A DNA stretch of 64,000 nt from an uncultured Phycisphaerales bacterium (GCA_963758525.1 CAVWVQ010000003.1:1440001-1504000), one strand, 5' to 3'; positions 32,322 to 42,479 are shown, counted from the stretch's first letter. Translations and numbers: made by a program. The notes: a model not told the origin generated them from the sequence alone.

Positions 32322-32334
32322 GGGTGTTCGCTCA

Positions 32335-32817
32335 ATGCACATACCACTGGAACTTCTGCGGGCCTTCGGGAACTATCTGGTTTATCTGTCGCCTTCTGTC
32401 GTGGGCGTGTTCGTTGGCGGCATGTTCGTTCAGCGATACTGGATCAGTAAAGCGAATGAGTCAGCAATAATTGAGTATTTAACAAAGGAGTTGACTGACC
32501 TGGTTGATGAGACGCTGGAGTATTGGAGCTTGGATTGCAGCGGCGAAACCAAGGAGGCGAAGGAGAATCGCAAGCAGGCAAAAAAGCTTGAGCAGAAAAT
32601 TAAAGGGGCAATCAAGAATGCGAATTCCCTCCTCGTCCAGTACTCAAAACGATACTGCAAAAAGGTGGACTTCAGTTCGATAATGGGCGAGGTCAACGAC
32701 GCATGCACCGGCGGGAAATTCGAAGTGGTCGACCGGGGTCCAGACACAGACCGCTTCCTGTCAGTGGTGAATGCAACGCATCGGGTGAGGTGGGAACTTT
32801 TAAGTCGTCGCGTGTGA
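32335..32817 (+). CDS. hypothetical protein with an N-terminal TM helix
   Basis: Hydrophobic YLVYLSPSVVGVFVGGMFV followed by a helical region. Operonic spacing. Confidence 0.65.
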   Translation: MHIPLELLRAFGNYLVYLSPSVVGVFVGGMFVQRYWISKANESAIIEYLTKELTDLVDETLEYWSLDCSGETKEAKENRKQAKKLEQKIKGAIKNANSLLVQYSKRYCKKVDFSSIMGEVNDACTGGKFEVVDRGPDTDRFLSVVNATHRVRWELLSRRV

Positions 32818-32831
32818 ACGCGCCCGCCGCC

Positions 32832-33640
32832 TCAACAAGAGCGGAAGTACGCCATCCGCTCATGCATCTTCTTGCAGTACGGCACGAAGAGTTGCAGCAG
32901 CGTGTAGACGGTCTCCCGGCCGACGATCTCGCCTGTCGGATGACCTGAATCATTCCGAACCTTCCGAATCGTTTCCAGCACTCCGGCAAAACGGGTGTCC
33001 AACCCCTCCTTCACGTCGGGCGGAAATCCCCGATGTGCTGCTCGACGAGCCGCTTGAACTTGATCACCCGCTGCAGAATGGTCCGCTCCTTTGACACGGG
33101 CGCGAAGTTGGCTTTGAACTTCTGGCTGGCATCGGCGCTCTCCACTACCAGGAGGAAGACGTGCTCTGTCGCGACGCCGAGCATCACGGCCGCCGCCAGC
33201 ATGCAATTGGCACTGAAGGCGCGCATTGCCTCCCCGAGATACCTCATCGCCACGTCGTCGATCGCCGACACGTTCTCGCGGATGACCTTCTCGTAGGTCT
33301 GGACGTCGTGGAAGTGGTACGGTGGCGTACCAGCCAGCCGCTCGGCCGCAAAGCGTGTGAGTCGGAAGAATGGATAGCGCTCATTGCCCCCATCGACGCC
33401 GAGCGTAATGATGCCGTCGCGGAAAAGATCCCAGAACACTTCGCCCAGCAGAGTTAGATCGTCGTTCTGAAGCGTGGGCTGTGGATACGGATTCTGGCCC
33501 CGCAGAACGTTGTTTAGCGCGTATGCGACGCAAATGACGAGATGACCGAACTGGTTTGGCGGATAAGGTTGGACGGCGGGCGAGCGGTTCAGTAATACAT
33601 CGACCGCTGTCTGTCTCAGTTCTTCGTAGTTGTGGCTCAT
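32832..33640 (-). CDS. HEPN-motif (DUF4145-like) protein, frameshift ~33020
   Basis: YLGEAMRAF...AAAVMLGVATE in ORF 33011..33682 continues as ...IRKVRNDSGHP (Rx4H) in ORF 32832..33206. Confidence 0.65.
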
Positions 33641-33747
33641 CTCGTTTCCTGGTTGCCCGCAGTGTACACCGGCGAGCACCAATGCCGAGAAGCCCGCGAG
33701 GCGATCGTGGGTAGTTTACGCTGGAGCGACCAGCAGGAGTTTCCGCC

Positions 33748-34632
33748 ATGAGCAGCCACATGGATCGATTGCCGCTCGACGTGGCCAACGCCCTTCGTAA
33801 AGACAACGATGAGGTGATAGAGCTGTTTCGGATGTTGAACGCTCGGGAGGCCGGACTGAACCTACTGCCGCCCGCCGACGAGCCGGCCGCCCTCGCGATC
33901 GTTTGCCTCTGCGATCTTTCGCACATCCTGCAGTCGGCGGGGCAATCCATCCACGTCGCGACCACAGAATGGACGCTGCAGACGCAGTCTGGAGCTTTGG
34001 ATAGTCGTGAGGGTACAGCAATGGCCGTCTCGTCCTCGCGTCAGCATCTGGATCGGTCGATAGTTGCTCTGTCCGCTGCGTCAAATCACTTAGCGTCCGC
34101 GATGTGGCACCTTCACGAGAAGATATTTGAGCCCCTTGGGAGGGGCTACAAGAGCGCGGCGCAAGTGCGTCGCGAGTGGGCTGCGCGGACCGGTGTTGCA
34201 CCATCATCGCAAGCCACGCTCGACATCTTGCTGAATCATCCGGACTGGGTGACCGTGAGTACATACCGTGACGACTGGATTCACCGTGGCCTGCCGGTTC
34301 TGGTGGGAGAACTGCGGCAAGCGCGTCGCCGGATCTGGATGCTGCCGACGGACCCGCCGCCAGGAGAGTTTTTCCTGACGATCACTGCGCCAGACGGCCG
34401 AGTGGCGTATGCCGTCCAAGGCGACACTGGCACGCATGAGTTTCAAAAGCTGCTCAAGACAACGCGCGCTGCAATGTTCCTATTGATGAACGCCGTACGT
34501 TCGTTTCTGCCGCTGATCGACGAACGACTGACGGCCAGCGGCGCGCAGATCCACGAGAACGGCGTACGAATTACTCTGCGGGGACCATTCCGCCTCGACG
34601 TTTCGGTGAACCAGCCAGCGCCACCGCAATGA
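33748..34632 (+). CDS. HEPN-motif (Cthe_2314-like) protein
   Basis: VSTYRDDWIHR Rx4H motif in a largely helical protein. Confidence 0.55.
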   Translation: MSSHMDRLPLDVANALRKDNDEVIELFRMLNAREAGLNLLPPADEPAALAIVCLCDLSHILQSAGQSIHVATTEWTLQTQSGALDSREGTAMAVSSSRQHLDRSIVALSAASNHLASAMWHLHEKIFEPLGRGYKSAAQVRREWAARTGVAPSSQATLDILLNHPDWVTVSTYRDDWIHRGLPVLVGELRQARRRIWMLPTDPPPGEFFLTITAPDGRVAYAVQGDTGTHEFQKLLKTTRAAMFLLMNAVRSFLPLIDERLTASGAQIHENGVRITLRGPFRLDVSVNQPAPPQ

Positions 34633-34666
34633 CCTTGCCTGCTCACGCGATCGGATACTGTTGCAC

Positions 34667-34951
34667 ATGCCATTCCTCACCGAGAAACAGCACGCCGCAT
34701 ACTGCCTTGTGGATAAACGAGGGATCAAGCAGAAGACGCCGGAGATGATGGGGATCACGCGCGTGTCGCTCGCTCGCCTGCTCAATCGGGCCAGGAAGGC
34801 CGTGGCTGAAATCCGGCTGCAACTGGAATCGGTGGGATGCGATCCGAAGGTGACTGAGGGGATAATACAGAACCTTCACGTTCAGGATTCGTCGCGACGT
34901 CCAAAGAATCGGCTGGCACTCCAGCTCCGTTCGCTCGCTTCCATCCCATAG
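34667..34951 (+). CDS. sigma-70 region 4-like HTH protein
   Basis: LTEKQHAAYCL...EMMGITRVSLARLLNRARK. Confidence 0.55.
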   Translation: MPFLTEKQHAAYCLVDKRGIKQKTPEMMGITRVSLARLLNRARKAVAEIRLQLESVGCDPKVTEGIIQNLHVQDSSRRPKNRLALQLRSLASIP

Positions 34952-35079
34952 GCTCGAAGTGGCGGGAATGGTGGTTTTCCCGATGGTAGTAGTGCTGGAG
35001 CATTATGATCTTCGCATGCGGCGCCGAATGGCGGCAAATCGTTCTGCTTGAACCCTCAGGGTGTCGCGAATAGCGGCCA

Positions 35080-35970
35080 TTGCCGGTATTACGGTCGGCT
35101 GAGATGTCTTCAACACCGAAACAGAGCAGCATGGGGGCTGGCGTTGACCAGTCCGCCGCGAGAGAAAGCGCGGTTCGCTGGTTTCGAGAGCTGGCGCGGC
35201 GATTCGATCAATGCTTGGAATTCGCGAAGCAAGAAATTGGCAACATCCAGTATTTTGTTGACTCCAGCAGTACCGCAGATGACCTCCAGTCGCTTCTGAA
35301 GCCGAAAATTCTCATCGGGGTCGCGGGGCACTCAGAGTCATATCGCGATCTCTTGCGCGAGCTTGTTCCCGGCCAGCCCCTTGCGGAAGGGACTCTCGCT
35401 CGACTCTGCGGCTTCTATCTGATTCCCAGCGCCGCTCACCACGTAATCGATGCAGTTCATGTTCGGTTGCTCACGGAGCCGCTGGCACTCTGCCGCCCGC
35501 TGGAGTTGCCAGGTTCCGGGCCTTCCCTCGATGACTGGCTGCGACTCCGGGTGTTCTGGCGGGAGACTGTCCTGCCTGCGCTGAAAGAATCCGATCCTGC
35601 CAAGTTTCCGACAAGCCCGGACGATCCATGGACCGTTGCGTCGGAAAATGCCGCTGCGTGCCGGCTCTTGGCCGATTTGGTTCAGCGAGAACACCAACCG
35701 GTCCAGGGGCATTCTGAGTCAAGATCGGATCCTGTAGTCACCGAGTCAGACGACCGATTTCCTGCAGATCATTTCAGGTTGAAGTGGGGACTTAAACCAG
35801 ACACCCTCGCCAAGGCACAGAAGGATGGCCGTATGAAGCGAAGCGAGAAACGCGATGGGCGGTGGTTCCACTCTCTTTCGGAGGTGAAATCGCGTTATCC
35901 CGATGTGTTCTCCGGCAATGAGCTCCCGACAACGGCCGACGAAACAGGACGAAACACGAAACAGGAATGA
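35080..35970 (+). CDS. hypothetical protein with a C-terminal MerR/excisionase-like HTH (start uncertain)
   Basis: WGLKPDTLAKAQKDGRMKRSEKRDGRWFHSLSEV. Confidence 0.5.
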   Translation: MPVLRSAEMSSTPKQSSMGAGVDQSAARESAVRWFRELARRFDQCLEFAKQEIGNIQYFVDSSSTADDLQSLLKPKILIGVAGHSESYRDLLRELVPGQPLAEGTLARLCGFYLIPSAAHHVIDAVHVRLLTEPLALCRPLELPGSGPSLDDWLRLRVFWRETVLPALKESDPAKFPTSPDDPWTVASENAAACRLLADLVQREHQPVQGHSESRSDPVVTESDDRFPADHFRLKWGLKPDTLAKAQKDGRMKRSEKRDGRWFHSLSEVKSRYPDVFSGNELPTTADETGRNTKQE

Positions 35971-36107
35971 TTCTGGTGGCCAATGAAAATCTTTGGCGGT
36001 CGAATGCGGACATGAAAAACTCGACGGCTTACAATGGAATGATTCGTCCGGGAGGGCAAGAAGGTTACAGGCTACCTGCGGCGCCCGCTGCAATCAGAGA
36101 GGAGGCG

Positions 36108-36344
36108 GTGAAAGGCTTGCCTGAATCACGCGATCCGGATCGGCAAACGATTCCGGCCTTACTGACGCTGGCACTGATCCGCTGCCACTATGTTCCCAGC
36201 GCCGAGCGAACAATTCGCCGGTGGATTTCAAGCGGCATCTTCCCCCGGCCGGATATTTCGATCGGCGGGAAAGTGCGATACTGGCGACGGGAGACGGTCG
36301 AGGGGTGGATACAGACGCTGGCAGCAGAAGAGAAACCACAATGA
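36108..36344 (+). CDS. AlpA/excisionase-like HTH protein
   Basis: GGAGG RBS with GTG start. AERTIRRWISSGIFPRPDISIGGKVRYWRRETVEGWI. Adjacent to the integrase. Confidence 0.75.
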   Translation: MKGLPESRDPDRQTIPALLTLALIRCHYVPSAERTIRRWISSGIFPRPDISIGGKVRYWRRETVEGWIQTLAAEEKPQ

Positions 36345-36412
36345 GAGCAAATCTCCGATGCGCCTCGCTGGGGGAAGGGGTGATGGGAGTTGGGACTGAA
36401 AGCTGGTGACAC

Positions 36413-37819
36413 ATGGCAAGCATCTTCAAACGCGGTCGATGGGTGGACAAACACGGGCGCAAGGTCCGCAAGGGAACTCCCGGCGCGGAGTGGCAGAAAT
36501 CCCGCTACTACACCGTGCAGGTTTTCGTCGACGGCAAGGCAAGGCTCTTCAAGGGATACACTGACAAGGGAGCATCCGAGCAACTGGGCGCGAAGCTAGA
36601 CCGCGACAAGGCCCGTGGGGAGCGAGGGCTGATCGATCCGTACAAGGCGCATCGCAAGCGGCATCTATCGGAGCATGTTGCCGATTGGATTACCGAGCTG
36701 CACCAACTTGGCCGTGATGATATCTACGTTGGATTGTGTGAGGCTCGCATGGCCCGACTGATTGCCGACTGTGGATGGAAAACACTTGCGGGCATCAATC
36801 CCGAAAACTTTATCGCCTGGCGAGAGACGGCGCAAGTAACGGTGGGGACAGCGAAGAAAAAGGGGAGCAACGTCAAGTCAATGGGAGCGCGCACGCAAAA
36901 TCACTATCTGGAAACGGCGCGAGCGTTCTGTCTGTGGGCGATCAAACGCAAGCGCATGGCCAGCAATCCGCTGGCCGATGTGCAAGGTGTCGAAACCGCC
37001 GGGCAGCTGCGCAGAGAACGTCGGGCGCTGCACGATGAAGAGATAACCGCTCTGCTCTCTGCGGTGCATCCGCGACATCAACTCGCCTACCGGATCATTC
37101 TCTCAACCGGCCTGAGGCGGGATGAATTGAAGCAACTGCGATGGGGTGACGTGAAACTCAATGCACCGATGCCCTGTATCGAACTGCGAGCCGAGACGAC
37201 GAAAGCCAAGCGTGCCGACGTGCTGCCCGTGCGGGCCGATCTGGCGGAGCTGCTGAAAGACGCCCGGGGAGAAGCCGGCGACGACGAGCGGGTCTGCCGG
37301 ACGCTGCCGTCGATGGAAACTCACAAGCGTTATCTCATGGCGGCGGGCATCGCCTACGAAGATGAGCAAGGCCGTCGGGTCGATTTCCATTCGCTGCGTC
37401 ACACCTATGGCACTCTGCTGGCCAAAGCGGGCATTGCGCCCCGCGTGGCCATGAGCATGATGCGGCATTCGGATATGAAACTCACGATGAACGTCTACAC
37501 CGATCCGCGTGTGTTTGATATGGCCGGCGCTGTGGAAAAACTGCCCGCACTGGCGGCGCACCAAGTCGTGACAGGGTCGGCAACAGGCACAGATGGACAA
37601 GCCGGGCGCAGCGAAAGCGTCAGTAGTTCATCGGCTGGGTTAGGGATGCGTTCAACAGAAACCGGCCGAGTTGAGTGGAAAGGCGAAACGGCATTAACTC
37701 TTGAAAGTGGCAGAGATAGGCAACAAAAGAGCCCGTCCGGCAGGGACGGGCAAAAAGAGCGGGCGAAGGGAGTTGAACCCTCAACATTCGGCTTGGAAAG
37801 CCGACACTCTGCCAATTGA
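36413..37819 (+). CDS. tyrosine recombinase/integrase
   Basis: TGLRRDEL (R), DFHSLRHTYGT (HxxR), MRHSDMKLTMNVYT (H, Y). Confidence 0.95.
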   Translation: MASIFKRGRWVDKHGRKVRKGTPGAEWQKSRYYTVQVFVDGKARLFKGYTDKGASEQLGAKLDRDKARGERGLIDPYKAHRKRHLSEHVADWITELHQLGRDDIYVGLCEARMARLIADCGWKTLAGINPENFIAWRETAQVTVGTAKKKGSNVKSMGARTQNHYLETARAFCLWAIKRKRMASNPLADVQGVETAGQLRRERRALHDEEITALLSAVHPRHQLAYRIILSTGLRRDELKQLRWGDVKLNAPMPCIELRAETTKAKRADVLPVRADLAELLKDARGEAGDDERVCRTLPSMETHKRYLMAAGIAYEDEQGRRVDFHSLRHTYGTLLAKAGIAPRVAMSMMRHSDMKLTMNVYTDPRVFDMAGAVEKLPALAAHQVVTGSATGTDGQAGRSESVSSSSAGLGMRSTETGRVEWKGETALTLESGRDRQQKSPSGRDGQKERAKGVEPSTFGLESRHSAN

Positions 37820-37830
37820 GTTACGCCCGC
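37758..37830 (-). tRNA. tRNA-Gly(TCC)
   Basis: GCGGGCGTAACTCAATTGGCAGAGTGTCGGCT-TCC anticodon-AAGCCGAATGTTGAGGGTTCAACTCCCTTCGCCCGCT folds as a cloverleaf. CCA not encoded. Confidence 0.95.
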
Positions 37831-37889
37831 GAAAAGCGTCTGCAAAAGCGTACCGCACGGACCGCGGCAAGGTCAACTCCGGAGCATCG

Positions 37890-39248
37890 CTACCGCACCC
37901 ACACGGTCTTCGCATTCACGAATTCGCGGATTCCGAGAGCGGCCAGCTCGCGGCCATGACCGCTGTTTTTGATGCCGCCGAAGGGGAGAGCCGGATCGGA
38001 TTTGACCGGGCCGTTCACGAAGACTGCCCCGGCTTCCAGCCGTGGAACGATCGTCTTTTCCGCGTGCGCGGCGTCATCCGTCCAGATGCTGGCGCCCAGG
38101 CCGAATCGCGACTGGTTGGCCAGGTGAATCGCGTGGTCGATTCCATCGGCGTGAATCAACGCCGCCACGGGGCCAAAAGTTTCTTCGTCGAACGCGGGCA
38201 TGCCGGGCGTGACGCCAGTCAGCAGCGTCGGCGGGTAGAAAAAACCGGTGCGCGGCAGCCGCTGGCCCCCCACGACCAGCCGCGCCCCGTCGGCGATCGA
38301 CCGCTGAACCTGGTCGTGAAGATGTTCGAGCAGATCGAGCCGCGCCAGCGGACCGATGCTGGTCTGGCGATCCATCGGATCGCCGATCTTCAGCGCACAG
38401 AGCGCCTCGACGAACGCGGCCTCAAACAGCTCGTTATCTCCGACAACGATGAACCGCTTGGAGGCGATGCAGCTCTGACCCGAATTGATGCAGCGCGCCG
38501 CCGCCGCGGCCTTCGCGGTCGCGCGGGGGTCGGCATCGGGAAGAACGATAAACGGATCGGAGCCGCCAAGCTCCAGCACGACTTTCTTCAGTGCCGCGCC
38601 CGCGATCGCGGCGACCGATCGCCCCGCCCGCTCGCTGCCGGTCAGCGTGACGGCTCGCACCACCGGGTCATGAATGATCGCTTCCACCGCCGGCGTGTCG
38701 ATCAGCAGCGACGTAAAAGCGCCGCGCGGAAACCCCGCATCGCGAAAAATGGATTCGATCGCCAGCGAGCAGCCCGACACATTGGGAGCGTGTTTCAGCA
38801 GCCCCACGTTGCCGGCCATCAGCGCCGGCGCGGCAAACCGAAAAACCTGCCAGAACGGGAAATTCCACGGCATGATCGCCAGCACCGCGCCGAGCGGCTC
38901 GTAGCGCACGCCGCTGCGCGTCGCGTCGCTTGCGATCGATTCCCGCGCGAGATACTCCGCCGCGTGTTGGGCGAAGTGTTCGCAACAGACGGCGCATTTC
39001 TCGATCTCCCCTTCGCCGGCAACGATCGGCTTTCCCATCTCCAGGGTCATCAGCTCCGCAAGCCCTTGCTTCCGCTCGCGCAAGATCGCCGCTGTCCTCC
39101 GCATGCCCGCGGCGCGATCGCTCATCCCCATCGCTGCGCATTGCAGCGCCGCAACGCCGGCAGCATCCAGCGCCTCCCGGACCTGCGACGGCGTGTGGTC
39201 GGCGTATTCGCGAAGCAGTTGCTCGGTGAATGGATTGACGCTGCGCAC
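37890..39248 (-). CDS. NAD(P)-dependent succinate-semialdehyde dehydrogenase family aldehyde dehydrogenase
   Basis: IMPWNFPFWQ, LTGSERAG, LELGGSDP, NSGQSCIA, EETFGP and PFGGIKNSGHGRE motifs. Confidence 0.9.
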   Translation of the reverse strand: MRSVNPFTEQLLREYADHTPSQVREALDAAGVAALQCAAMGMSDRAAGMRRTAAILRERKQGLAELMTLEMGKPIVAGEGEIEKCAVCCEHFAQHAAEYLARESIASDATRSGVRYEPLGAVLAIMPWNFPFWQVFRFAAPALMAGNVGLLKHAPNVSGCSLAIESIFRDAGFPRGAFTSLLIDTPAVEAIIHDPVVRAVTLTGSERAGRSVAAIAGAALKKVVLELGGSDPFIVLPDADPRATAKAAAAARCINSGQSCIASKRFIVVGDNELFEAAFVEALCALKIGDPMDRQTSIGPLARLDLLEHLHDQVQRSIADGARLVVGGQRLPRTGFFYPPTLLTGVTPGMPAFDEETFGPVAALIHADGIDHAIHLANQSRFGLGASIWTDDAAHAEKTIVPRLEAGAVFVNGPVKSDPALPFGGIKNSGHGRELAALGIREFVNAKTVWVR

Positions 39249-39310
39249 GAGAGAATTGTAGCGCCACTACCGCGCAAAAATCCGATCGCCGGACGGCCCC
39301 AATCTCCCCA

Positions 39311-39580
39311 ATCGTGGCATGGGCGTCCCGCCCATGCGGGTCGCGCACAGCTTTACCAGGGACTCCCAATATCAAGAGCTTGTCTTGCTTCCGCGCCGCT
39401 AACGGGCGTGGCGCTCGAAAGTGGCGATCGGCTCCGAGTAGGGCGGGATTCATCCCGCCGATTTGTTGGCCGGCTGAGAAAACGGCGGGATGAATCCCGC
39501 CCTACGATCGCAAAATCTGCAATCGCCACAAATAAAAGTTACACCCGCCGCTAACACGGGCAGGATGCCCGCGTCACGAT
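39311..39580. repeat. nested REP-like inverted pairs
   Basis: Outer pair at 39311-39336 / 39555-39580. Inner perfect GTAG-type pair GTAGGGCGGGATTCATCCCGCCG at 39438-39460 / 39483-39505. Confidence 0.8.
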
Positions 39581-39591
39581 CAAAGAAATTC

Positions 39592-40611
39592 TCACGGCTG
39601 CTGTCCGCCGGGAGCCGGCCGTGTGGCGGGCTGGTTGCCGTCATCCTGCAGCTCCGCCCTGCGCCGCTCCTGGAGTCGCTTGCGAACTTCGTCGGGCGAA
39701 CGTCCGCCGGACGTCCGTCCGTCCCTGCCCTCAGGACCACCGCCCGGACCGCCTGGACCACCAGGTCCGTCCCCGTCTGGCGGACCATCCGGACCGCCCC
39801 GGGGACCGTGGCGCATCCCAAATCCCTGGCGTCCGCCCATCGGGCCGCCCGGCCCGCGTTCTTCTCCGTCGCCCGGACCGAACCGTCCGCGCGGACCTTC
39901 CGGTCCTCCCATTTCATCGTCGCCCCTCGGCCCGCCGCGGTGCATTCCAAACCCGCCCATCGGCCCGTGCATCCAGCCGCCAGGTCTGTGCATTCCCATC
40001 GGACCCATTCCGAAGCGATGCATTCCACCCATCATCCCCGGCATGCCATGCATCCCGCGCATTCCTTCCGGCCCTCCGCGCCCCGGCCCACCGCCATCCA
40101 TCGGCGGAAGATCCTTCTCCACCAGCGTGACGGCGACCGTCGCCGGCGCTGCTTCATGGATGATCCCCAGTTTCACCTGGTCATTGGCCTTGTGCATGCG
40201 GATGAGCACCGCAAGCTGCTCTGGATTCACGATCAACTGATCGTCAACTTTGGTCAGCACGTCGAATTTCTGCACCCCCGCCTTGGCAGCCGGGCTGTCC
40301 GGAGCAACCTCATCGATCAGGAGTGCCGTCCCCTCCGCCAGCTTGAACTGCGCGCGAATCTCCGGTGACGCCGGCCGGGCGCCGATTCCCAGAAACGTCC
40401 CTTTGACCATCGGCCGCTCGTGAGGACGCATCCCCTCATGCCGAGGCCGCGTCGTCGGCCCGCCATCGCCCGGCTGCTTGTCGGCGGCGACCTGCGCATC
40501 AGCGTTATCCGGCGACGGGTGAGCGGGTGTGGAGTTCTCCGCCAGCACGAAACAAGGGATTCCCACCGCCGCGGCCGTGGTCAAAATGAGCTTCCAGCGA
40601 AAAACCTTCAT
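39592..40611 (-). CDS. secreted PDZ-domain protein with a Gly/Pro-rich tail
   Basis: Signal peptide. FLGIG...IDEVAPDSPAAKAGVQKFDVLTKVD. Confidence 0.8.
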   Translation of the reverse strand: MKVFRWKLILTTAAAVGIPCFVLAENSTPAHPSPDNADAQVAADKQPGDGGPTTRPRHEGMRPHERPMVKGTFLGIGARPASPEIRAQFKLAEGTALLIDEVAPDSPAAKAGVQKFDVLTKVDDQLIVNPEQLAVLIRMHKANDQVKLGIIHEAAPATVAVTLVEKDLPPMDGGGPGRGGPEGMRGMHGMPGMMGGMHRFGMGPMGMHRPGGWMHGPMGGFGMHRGGPRGDDEMGGPEGPRGRFGPGDGEERGPGGPMGGRQGFGMRHGPRGGPDGPPDGDGPGGPGGPGGGPEGRDGRTSGGRSPDEVRKRLQERRRAELQDDGNQPATRPAPGGQQP

Positions 40612-40987
40612 ACGGTCTCCAAAAAGGACGTGCTGCAATCAGCACAGCGATATGCGATCGGCTTCAGTCGCATCCGCGAGTGCCTGCCCTGTCGTGAAAA
40701 ACAGCGATTCATCATCGCCGACTTGTCTCTGCGAGGATAATGCACCGACTCGCGATCCAGTAACCGCGAAAAGACGAAATTCCGCCCTGCGACGCCAAAA
40801 TGCCCGGCGACAGAGTCGCTCGGCTCCGCGCTGGCGCGACCTCGGCACGCCTTTGGGGGAGTTGCGAATTTCCGTCATTGAAGGAACACGCGACCCCTTC
40901 CAGATTTTTTCATCCGGCTGCTGACCGGGCACGACGACAACCATAGCGCGAGAGCGACATTTGTGCGTCAGATTTCTTGCTTCGCGG

Positions 40988-42150
40988 CTATTGCGAAAGC
41001 TCGATCGTGTTCACGCTCATCGGGGGAAGCTCAATGGCAAATCGCGACGAATCGGGTAAAGGCAACCGGCCTGCGGACGTCGGACGCGAAGATAGCGCCG
41101 TCAATTGATAAATGTCAGCGTGGCCATAGCGATGCGCGTGCCTGAGCTGAACGGTGGCACTAATGGCTTGATCGAGTTTGTTGATGCAGACGAGAACCAT
41201 CCTTTGGCGGTGCTCCGAGTCCAAACTCGCGTAGATTGAGGTGGCTTCGACACTGTCGGTGGATGCACCGACGGAGATGTTGCCAAAAGTGCTGCGGTTG
41301 CCGTCATAGTCGCGAAACATCTGGAAGCCGGCGGCGATGTAACTTTCGTCGGGATCGAAAGACCATTCATTAGCGGCGAAGACGCCCTCGCGGCCGAAGA
41401 TCCCCAGCACGTCAGCCTCGGCGATGCCGCCGGAGATGTGTTTGGCGCCGCCGAAATGATACTCGCTGATCGAAATTTTCATGCCTGGATCATGGCGGGC
41501 GATCTTTTCCTTCACGGTGGGCAGGAGCTTGAGGGGGCCGTGGAGAATGTCGCGACAGATCCAACTGTCTTCGACAAAGGTCGGATCCCACAGCGAACGC
41601 GGCGCTTGAATGCGAGCCGCCACGCTGGCGCGGGAGTTGTCCTGACCGGTGATGCGATGACCCTCCACGCGAATCTCCGGATACCAGTGGAAGTCCAGCA
41701 CATCGACCAGGCGCACGCCATCAATATTGCGCGCCTCGGCGAGCTTCTGAAGGTAGAACTCCTGGAAATCCCGGCGCCCGGCATCCGATGCATTTTGCAG
41801 GCTCACCATTCCCAGCCATCCGGCATTGCATGGACCGAAAATCACCGCGCCTGGCAAGACGTGCTTGATCGCACGGGCGTAATCGACCGTCTTCTGAATC
41901 AGTTCCGCGTACGTCACCTGCGCCGGATGCACTTCCGGATGCGTTGCGGGCCACAGTTCCGGTTCATTATCGAGTGAGAAATAAATCGGACGGGACGGGT
42001 CGCGTTGCCCATAGGGGAAATTGACGTTGACCCAATTGGCAAATTCGTCCTGGAAGACGTTCGGAGCAGCCGGATCGGGCGCGAGCGTAAACTTCGATCC
42101 TTTCCGCGGCAGGCTCTCGCGGAGGCGCGATTTGAGATAGTCTGCGCCGC
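40988..42150 (-). pseudogene. glycoside hydrolase family 44, C-terminal part only
   Basis: LDNEPELWPATHPEVHP, LDFHWYPE, ISISEY, ADVLGIFGREG and FRDYDG motifs. N-terminus missing. Confidence 0.8.
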
Positions 42151-42479
42151 TGCGCATCGCCCATGTCGGCCGAGGAGGTTGGGTCCTGTTTCGCCCACTC
42201 ATCTTCCAACTGCTGCAGTGCCGCATCATCCAGCGCCGCAGGCCGTCTGTTTCGCGCTTCCAGCGCCTTGAGGGCCTTGTGCCGCGCCACGCTCCGAAGC
42301 CATGGCAGCACCTGGTCCGGGCCAAGGATCTCCCCCTTTTTCCGCAACGCCACGAGACAGAGCTCCTGAAAGATGTCTTCCGCCCCATGTGAGTCACGAA
42401 CGATGCACCAGATGTACGCGATGACTTTGCTGCGTTCTCGAAGGAGCACTGTGAGAAGTGTCTGTTCATCAACGGGCAT
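42150..42479 (-). pseudogene. ECF sigma factor, N-terminal part (region 2) only
   Basis: AYIWCIVRDSHGAEDIFQELCLVAL...WLRSVARHKAL. Ends abruptly in GH44 sequence. Confidence 0.75.

Larger units (their letters stand above)
1..37757. mobile_element. tRNA-Gly-integrated genomic island (left boundary not seen in window)
   Basis: Integrase and excisionase abut the tRNA 3' end. Defence and mobile cargo lie to the left, housekeeping genes to the right. Confidence 0.75.

Noticed and set aside
37701..39554. 617-aa plus-strand ORF
   Set aside because: Antisense shadow of the aldehyde dehydrogenase in GC-rich DNA.
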